Origin: a virus
Taxonomy: Duplodnaviria > Caudoviricetes
Length of the DNA: 31,253 nucleotides
Direction: 5' to 3' (one strand)
Virus record (IMG/VR): IMGVR_UViG_3300022893_000005
Location: 1 to 31,253 of that record
The stretch's first letter is position 1; each line of letters begins with the position of its first letter. Positions 25,367 through 31,253 of this stretch are shown here, one piece after another. The notes under the pieces were generated by a model. The model searched no databases. It saw only the letters and a program-made list of their open reading frames with translations, and was not told where the DNA came from. Both the position numbers and the translations under genes were made by a program.

Positions 25367-26017
25367 GTGACTGATCCCTTGGGAGTGGACTACGGCAGCC
25401 ATCGTGTTGCTGTAGTCCACTCCCACTCGGGTCTTACACGCATGTTGGCCCTTCCTGCTGACGACCCGATCATCAACAGGCAAGTGCTTGCGGAGTGGCT
25501 ATACGGCCATGTGCTGGTGACGAAGCCAGGCATCGTGGCTGTCGAGAGTCCTATCGTCGGGATGTCTCGCAACCTTCAGACCGGATTGAACCTGGCCATG
25601 ATGGCGGGTGCCCTATCAGCAGCGGCTGGTGCAGCGGGCGCACAGGTTGTGCTCGTCGCACCAGCCTCGTGGAAGAAGCAGGTGATGGGACGTGGCAATG
25701 CCAGTAAGGACGAGGTTGCGGAATGGCTTGAGCGGGAACAACCCATTCGCCGAGCACGATGCGGCACTGACCAGGATCTCATCGACGCAACTTGCATCAG
25801 CCTGTACGCCTCGTCCCTTCTGGAGAGAGTCAGCCCTGTGCTCGGGGATGAGCGTGGACCTGTTCTTCGGAGGAAGCGACGGCCTCCCGCAGTCGATGCG
25901 CCAGATCGAGATGTCGAAAGCCGTGTGCAGGCAGTGCCCGGTACAGCAGGACTGCTTGATCTTCGCGCTGCAAAGACACGAGCAACACGGCGTGTGGGGC
26001 GGGATGGCGCGGCATGA
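25367..26017 (+). CDS. ruvC: RuvC-like Holliday junction resolvase; its C-terminal tail overlaps whiB
   Basis: LGVDYG, VAVESP, VAPASWKKQVMGRGNASKDEV, DLIDATCI. Confidence 0.88.
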   Translation: MTDPLGVDYGSHRVAVVHSHSGLTRMLALPADDPIINRQVLAEWLYGHVLVTKPGIVAVESPIVGMSRNLQTGLNLAMMAGALSAAAGAAGAQVVLVAPASWKKQVMGRGNASKDEVAEWLEREQPIRRARCGTDQDLIDATCISLYASSLLERVSPVLGDERGPVLRRKRRPPAVDAPDRDVESRVQAVPGTAGLLDLRAAKTRATRRVGRDGAA

Positions 26018-26120
26018 GCGTGACCGTGCCCTGACCAAGCACGAGGGTGATATCGCTGCCGTGGTGCGAGACTACGAGGCGAGAGTGCTTCTGGGGAGTC
26101 TGGAGGAATCCTGTGACTAA
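25692..26120 (+). CDS. whiB: WhiB-family Fe-S transcription factor (start uncertain)
   Basis: WRESALC...DLFF...KAVCRQCPVQQDCL...GVWGG...ER. Confidence 0.9.
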   Translation: MAMPVRTRLRNGLSGNNPFAEHDAALTRISSTQLASACTPRPFWRESALCSGMSVDLFFGGSDGLPQSMRQIEMSKAVCRQCPVQQDCLIFALQRHEQHGVWGGMARHERDRALTKHEGDIAAVVRDYEARVLLGSLEESCD

Positions 26121-26571
26121 GAGAGAGTTCATACGCGCGGTGCCGACTACCGCGCTGGACGTGCAGGAGAAGCAGGATGAGCAGGCACGTCTCGCCTACG
26201 AGATGCGCCAGGACGGCAAGAGTTGGTACTCCATCGCCAAGGCCCTGGGACTCACTGAGTCGGCAGCAAGCCAGTCGGTCTCCCGAGCGATGGAGCAGGC
26301 CGCAGGATATGTGAGCGAGCAGGCCAAGCGGAACCTGCTTGCCCTTGAGGTGTCCCGGCTGGACCGCCTGCAGGAAGTCGCATGGCCCCAGGCGATGCAG
26401 GGCAATCTGCGGATGATGGACATGGCGCTGCGGATCATCATGGCCCGCGCCAAGGTGCAGCAACTGGATGTCATCCCAGACACGAGCATCACGAACAACA
26501 CCCTTGTCGTCACCGGCTCCTCCGAGGAGTACGTGGCCGCTCTACGGGCCATCGCCGGAGTTGGCCAGTGA
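26113..26571 (+). CDS. HTH protein resembling an actinophage terminase small subunit
   Basis: GKSWYSIAKALGLTESAA (HTH); LEVSRLDRLQEVAWPQAMQGN...LRIIMARAK..QLD; GTG 26113 behind GGAGG. Confidence 0.6.
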   Translation: MTKREFIRAVPTTALDVQEKQDEQARLAYEMRQDGKSWYSIAKALGLTESAASQSVSRAMEQAAGYVSEQAKRNLLALEVSRLDRLQEVAWPQAMQGNLRMMDMALRIIMARAKVQQLDVIPDTSITNNTLVVTGSSEEYVAALRAIAGVGQ

Positions 26572-27611
26572 GCATCACGCAACTGACGGTTCGCGGTGGC
26601 ACAGCGCCGTGGGTGGACACAGTCATCGAGTGGCAAGGGGTGGCGACCACATGGACGCTCACCAATACCGCCACCTCAACCGTGCTCTACACAGGGCCTC
26701 TGACTCGATACCAGATGGTCAGCGTGCCGGAGACGATCTACTTTCTGAGGTTGTCCGATGGCGCGGGAGCCATCCAGGACATCGCATACGTGTCCCCACC
26801 GATCTCAGCCCCGGTGGAACTGGTAGCCAAAGATGTCACCGACACCTCAGCCACCCTTGCATGGGTGCAGGTGGAGGCAGCAACCACGTACGAGGTGCTT
26901 GTGGATGATGTCTCGTACAACGTCCTGCCTCCGCCTCCTCCAGTCGAGGAGGGCGACCCGACCTACCCAAACCTGGGTCTGGGTGGACTGGAGCCGGATC
27001 GCACCTACTCGGCGAAGACCAGGGCGTTCATGGACGATGCGTCATCGTGGTGGTCCCCGACCATCTACTTCACCACCCTACGGACCAAAGATGCTGAGGC
27101 ATCTCAGTACGAGTACCCGCCCTCGGTGGCAAGGACGTACAACCCGTCCGGCTGGCTGCCGGACGGTAACCAGTTGATCCACGGCTCCGGTGCAGATTTC
27201 GGCAACGTAGCCGGTATCCACACCACGGTCTTCATGTACTCCGCAGACTCGCTGAGGTCACTGCGGGAACTGGCAGGTGTACGGGTGCTCACCGCTCAGG
27301 TGTCCATCACCAGGTTCCCGGCGGAGTCGGACCCACGGATGGTGATGTCGCACTGGCTGCTCCATGACATGGACGTGATCCCGGCAGGAGCGCCTACCTT
27401 CGTGGCCCCTGCAATGGGCGTGGACTCTGGGCAGGTGGCTCTGTCACAGCAGGCATGGATGTCGATACCGACAGGGTGGATCGACTCGATGATCGCCGGG
27501 ACAGCAGAAGGATTTGGGTGGGGCGGGGTGGCTGGGCGCTACATGCTCGCGCATCCCATCAGTGATCCAATCAGGCCCGCCAACGGCACTCTGCGCATCA
27601 CAGTCGGATAG
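26568..27611 (+). CDS. Fibronectin type III domain protein; putative minor tail or virion surface protein
   Basis: APVELVAKDVTDTSATLAW...YEV...GLEPDRTY...SWWS...FTT; start GTG 26568. Confidence 0.75.
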   Translation: MSITQLTVRGGTAPWVDTVIEWQGVATTWTLTNTATSTVLYTGPLTRYQMVSVPETIYFLRLSDGAGAIQDIAYVSPPISAPVELVAKDVTDTSATLAWVQVEAATTYEVLVDDVSYNVLPPPPPVEEGDPTYPNLGLGGLEPDRTYSAKTRAFMDDASSWWSPTIYFTTLRTKDAEASQYEYPPSVARTYNPSGWLPDGNQLIHGSGADFGNVAGIHTTVFMYSADSLRSLRELAGVRVLTAQVSITRFPAESDPRMVMSHWLLHDMDVIPAGAPTFVAPAMGVDSGQVALSQQAWMSIPTGWIDSMIAGTAEGFGWGGVAGRYMLAHPISDPIRPANGTLRITVG

Positions 27612-27619
27612 GAGGACAG

Positions 27620-28945
27620 GTGACGATCACAACTGGGTCATTCGACTCATTCGGCATTCCACAGGGCAGCCCGAACCGGCTGGACGACATCGCTGATGTC
27701 GATACTGCCGAGGTGAAGGAGGGCAACACCATCCAGCACAGGGGTGGGCGGTGGGTTCCGGTGGACGGCAACGAGGTGGCCATCTCCAACACCCTGCCGG
27801 AGGACCGTGGGGTTGAACTGTGGATCAACCCGGAGGAGGGGGAACTGTCCGCTGGGGTCGTTGCCGAGTACACATGGACCTACGACACCCCAGAGACGAT
27901 GGCTGACCCCGGCAGCAGCAAGGTCCGCACCAACACCCCCTCGGGCACCACGCCGACCCAACTCGCTATCAGCGCCTTCACCAAGTCCGGTCTGGATGTC
28001 GGCAACGTGATCCGGCAGTTCCTGCCCGGTGATGTCATGTACTTCCAGCAGTTCGACAACTCCGTCAACTGGGGCAAGTACGAGATCACTGGTGCCCCTG
28101 TGGACAACACAACGTGGTTCCAGTTCCCGGTCTCCCCACTGGGCTCTGCAGGTACGCCCATCGGCAAGAACACCGAGGTGCTGGTCAGGTTCACCTACGG
28201 GGCCAACAGCGCGAACGTGGACCCCCGGTACGTCGCAGTCAAGGGCGACAAGATGGAGGGAGAACTGGATGTCCAGGGCACGAAGACCAACACCACCGGG
28301 ATTCTCCTTCCCGGCAGCGAAGCCATGGTGAAGTGGCCCACCCTCGACGTTGGGTTATATGCCGACAACCAGAACCTGCACGTCGCTAGCCAAACAGCAA
28401 CGGCCTACCGGAACATCTCCGCTGCTGCTCCGACGCTTCCAGACCAACTGACGCCCAAGTCCTACGTGGACGCAGTCTCTTACCCCGGCTACTACGGCTG
28501 GGCCGGTCGGTCGATGCAGACAGACAAGGCACTCACTGCTGATGTCCACAACGGCTTGATCTTCGAGGGGGCCTACACGCTGCCGCCTGGCATGACAGCG
28601 ATGACGTACTCGACCGGGGCGATTGCTGGTGTGACCGGCACCTGCTCGCTGTTCACGATCCTGAAGACTGCTTACTACCAGGTCAACCTCATGGTCGATG
28701 TCCTGCACGCGACCCTGAACAACGAGGCCCTGTTCACCGTGACGTACTGGACCAATGCCAGCGCTACGTCGGCCAACTACGGAGTCAAGCAGTTGGTCGG
28801 TTCTTGGGGAAACCGACTGCCTCAACTGATACATGGGTGGACCCGAAGCGCAGGTGACGTAATCGGTGTCTCGATCCGACCTATCGGGGCCAGCGAGACC
28901 GGCTGGATCGCCAGTTACGCTGGCATCACGATTGTGAGCATGTGA
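27620..28945 (+). CDS. Putative tail fibre / minor tail protein (441 aa)
   Basis: LDDIADVD, RYVAVKGDKMEG and TPKSYVD motifs typical of fibres; Thr/Gly-rich beta C-terminus; GGAGGA RBS. Confidence 0.7.
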   Translation: MTITTGSFDSFGIPQGSPNRLDDIADVDTAEVKEGNTIQHRGGRWVPVDGNEVAISNTLPEDRGVELWINPEEGELSAGVVAEYTWTYDTPETMADPGSSKVRTNTPSGTTPTQLAISAFTKSGLDVGNVIRQFLPGDVMYFQQFDNSVNWGKYEITGAPVDNTTWFQFPVSPLGSAGTPIGKNTEVLVRFTYGANSANVDPRYVAVKGDKMEGELDVQGTKTNTTGILLPGSEAMVKWPTLDVGLYADNQNLHVASQTATAYRNISAAAPTLPDQLTPKSYVDAVSYPGYYGWAGRSMQTDKALTADVHNGLIFEGAYTLPPGMTAMTYSTGAIAGVTGTCSLFTILKTAYYQVNLMVDVLHATLNNEALFTVTYWTNASATSANYGVKQLVGSWGNRLPQLIHGWTRSAGDVIGVSIRPIGASETGWIASYAGITIVSM

Positions 28946-29964
28946 TGGCCAGGCTCTACTACCGCGACCCGCTGACTGACGCGATGGTCGCTCTAACCCT
29001 TGGTAGCACATCTACTGGTGAGACCAACGAGGTCACCATCTCTGCCACTGCACCCACTGACGACTCCGAACTGTGGATGGACACCACGGCAGGCAAGTTG
29101 AAGTACCGCCACCCAACAACGGGCGTGTACACGGATGTCCCGATTGACCTTGGTTCAGCGGGCATCGACGGCACCATCACTGCAGGGGCTGGCATGACTG
29201 GCGGTGGCAAGCAGTCCACCAGCCCAACTCTGAACGTCGGTGCTGGGTCTGGCATCTCAGTCACAGCCGATGCAGTGGCAGTGAACAAGGGCACGTTGGA
29301 CACCTGGTACGCGCCTGTGAACGGCCAATCAGGGACGACGGTCACCGACTGGAACTCGGCGGTCAACAACGGCACCACCTACCGGGCCAGCGGTGCTGCC
29401 AATGCGCCTGACACCGGATGGTTCATGGGCTACTGCATGAGCCATGACGCCAACTACAAGGTGCAGATACTGACCCCGTACGCCAATGCCAGGTGGACCA
29501 CTGGCGGGACGCTGTGGATGCGGGAGAAGGAGAACAACGTCTGGGGTGACTGGAACCGCCTTGGCATCTACTCCTACTCGCGCGACCTCCTGGACGCTGG
29601 GACCTTCGTCCAGCACAACGGAACGGGCAACAGCACTGGTGTCAAGCGCTGCTTCTACGGCATGGTCAAGGACAAGGCCACGAACAACGCCAGCAACGCC
29701 GACGCATGGCGGGTGACCTACTACAACACCGCAGGCTCGTATGTGGGGCGTGCCATCGACATCCCATTGGGAACGGGAGTGGTCAGCCATCCACAAGGTC
29801 ACAGCACCACCATGAGCGCGCTGAGGACCAGGAAGCCGATCCTGGCTGACACCGCTGCGACAGTGGGTGTCGTCATGGAGATCGTTGCCGCTGCACTGGC
29901 GAGTGCTGGTATCGACATCAACCCGACTGCGGTAGCCCGCCTGGTAGAGGAGTCAACCGAATGA
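28942..29964 (+). CDS. Putative tail fibre protein with a pyocin-knob-like domain
   Basis: ISATAPTD...LWMDT; ITAGAGMTGGG; DWNSA...NAP...VQ...WMR...WGDW; start may be ATG 28945. Confidence 0.7.
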   Translation: MMARLYYRDPLTDAMVALTLGSTSTGETNEVTISATAPTDDSELWMDTTAGKLKYRHPTTGVYTDVPIDLGSAGIDGTITAGAGMTGGGKQSTSPTLNVGAGSGISVTADAVAVNKGTLDTWYAPVNGQSGTTVTDWNSAVNNGTTYRASGAANAPDTGWFMGYCMSHDANYKVQILTPYANARWTTGGTLWMREKENNVWGDWNRLGIYSYSRDLLDAGTFVQHNGTGNSTGVKRCFYGMVKDKATNNASNADAWRVTYYNTAGSYVGRAIDIPLGTGVVSHPQGHSTTMSALRTRKPILADTAATVGVVMEIVAAALASAGIDINPTAVARLVEESTE

Positions 29965-30842
29965 CCGGCGTCACACCCCAAGGGATCAGGTTCCCGAACA
30001 ACCCGTCCGACTACGCCGACATCATCAAGTTCTTCAAGGAGATGGCGGACGACGTAGACAGCAAGTTCGTCCCTAAGACGGGCAACACGGCCATCACCGG
30101 GGAGTTGCAGGCCAAGACGTTCAAGTCCACCAACGGTGGCACCACGCAGTCCGCGACAGTGCTGCAGACCGGGCCATCGTCGTCCAGCGCCTTCACCTTC
30201 TACGACGACAACCAGAGGATCGACGGAGTCGCTGGGCGTCGGCTGTGGATCTCCGGGGCGAACGGCACGGATGTTGCCATCCGCACGAGGTCCGGCTCGG
30301 ACAACCTGAACCGCATCTCACTGCGTGCTGCGACGGTGGACATCCAGAGCAATGTGACGATCACTGGCACCCTGAACGTCTCCGGCATGAAGACGGTTCA
30401 TGGCAAGTGGGAGGGCAATACCACACTGGTGGCGAATGCCACATGGCGTCTGGTCTACGCCGCCAATGTCGGAGTCTCCTTCGTGTGTCCACCTTCAGGT
30501 GCGGTGCTCATCGGCTTCGGTGGCAGCGTCCCAGCCGAGGGCTATTCGACGTTCCTGTCCTACGAGATCAGGAGTGGTGCCACCATCGGCGGCGGCTCTG
30601 TGGTCTTCCCGCACATCCCATCAGGGTGGGACGACATCCAGCCCCCTCCTCATGGCGTCGCTGCCAACGGAACTGGATCAGGTAGTACCCAATGGCACAC
30701 CACGTACAACCCCTACCGCTGCGGCAGCGGAGAGGGACTGTCTCCCGGACAGACGTACCACATCCGACCTTGGTACCGGAACAAGAACCCAGCATCGTTC
30801 ACCCTGTACAGGTCGTACGCTGTCGTGGAACCTGACCTGTAA
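29961..30842 (+). CDS. Putative tail fibre / receptor-binding protein (293 aa)
   Basis: TPQGIRFP N-terminus; FVPKTG..ITGEL; NVTITGTLNVSG; beta-rich C-terminus. Confidence 0.65.
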   Translation: MTGVTPQGIRFPNNPSDYADIIKFFKEMADDVDSKFVPKTGNTAITGELQAKTFKSTNGGTTQSATVLQTGPSSSSAFTFYDDNQRIDGVAGRRLWISGANGTDVAIRTRSGSDNLNRISLRAATVDIQSNVTITGTLNVSGMKTVHGKWEGNTTLVANATWRLVYAANVGVSFVCPPSGAVLIGFGGSVPAEGYSTFLSYEIRSGATIGGGSVVFPHIPSGWDDIQPPPHGVAANGTGSGSTQWHTTYNPYRCGSGEGLSPGQTYHIRPWYRNKNPASFTLYRSYAVVEPDL

Positions 30843-30857
30843 TGACATACTTGGGGC

Positions 30858-31112
30858 ATGGCTGACACCCTGCTCCATACGATTCCACAGGTTGCCGAGA
30901 TTCTGACTTGCTCTCGGCCACATGTGTACGCACTGATCTCGTCCGGTCGCCTGGGCAGTGTGGACATCTCCACGCCCGGCTCGACCAGGACGAAGTTGCG
31001 TGTCCGCCATGAGGACTTGCTCGCCTTCCTCGGTGGCACGAACGGACATGGCCCGACACCCCAGGAGACCAGTGGGATGCCGGGCCAACACGACCTGACG
31101 AAAGGAGTATAG
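30858..31112 (+). CDS. Excisionase-like HTH (HTH_17) DNA-binding protein
   Basis: LLHTIPQVAEILTCSRPHVYALISSGRL...LRVRHEDL. Confidence 0.85.
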   Translation: MADTLLHTIPQVAEILTCSRPHVYALISSGRLGSVDISTPGSTRTKLRVRHEDLLAFLGGTNGHGPTPQETSGMPGQHDLTKGV

Positions 31113-31168
31113 GACGTACCCGCACATGACGTGCATCAACACGATCTGACAACACTGAGGAGCACTGA

Positions 31169-31253
31169 ATGCCTGATTTCTTCGAAGACGGATTTGCGGT
31201 GAGGGAAGCCTCCTGGCACCGCAAGGAGACCCTGCTCGCCGACTGGCCTGACG
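31169..31253 (+). CDS. DUF932-like protein, 5' part only
   Basis: GAGGAG RBS; MPDFFEDGFAVREASWH resembles the DUF932 N-terminus; only 28 codons are visible. Confidence 0.5.
   Translation, partial: MPDFFEDGFAVREASWHRKETLLADWPD

Larger units (their letters stand above)
1..31253. mobile_element. Tailed bacteriophage genome segment, probably an actinobacteriophage
   Basis: Terminase, portal, helicase, primase, DnaE, Cas4-like nuclease, RuvC, WhiB and tail-fibre-like genes; dense ATGA/TGATG-coupled operons; no host housekeeping genes and no integrase or att site seen in the window. Confidence 0.95.

Noticed and set aside
30858-31112. Integration module implied by the excisionase-like gene
   Set aside because: No integrase, repressor or att core is visible in the window, so lifestyle cannot be determined

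Overview
The whole window is a segment of a tailed-phage genome from a high-GC, very probably actinobacterial host (WhiB, DUF932 and a sortase-like motif are present). It has two divergent arms separated by a highly structured non-coding region (~12971-13457). Minus-strand arm (12970->1): small accessory genes (including DUF6378 and a Tad2/DUF2829-like protein), terminase large subunit, a DUF935/Mu gp29-type portal, and ~8 kb of unusual head-region proteins. These are basic, glycine-zipper-rich proteins punctuated by V-x-K motifs and a 1213-aa protein carrying a 'KHRRDSRGRF' motif and a degenerate JAB-like segment. The 1213-aa protein appears to be joined to a CbbX/SpoVK/EccA-type AAA+ ATPase by a -1 ribosomal frameshift signal (C_CCA_AAA, 7-nt spacer, hairpin/pseudoknot). 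Plus-strand arm: DnaB-like helicase, BRO-N antirepressor, primase, putative SSB, DnaE-type polymerase, a triplicated small-gene array, Cas4-like nuclease, HNH, RuvC overlapping WhiB, a terminase-small-like HTH protein, four tail/receptor-binding-like proteins, an excisionase-like HTH and a partial DUF932 gene. The best candidate for an undescribed system is the frameshift-tethered AAA+ ATPase together with the putatively protease-processed head cargo. All family calls come from motif recognition by eye; no database searches were run.
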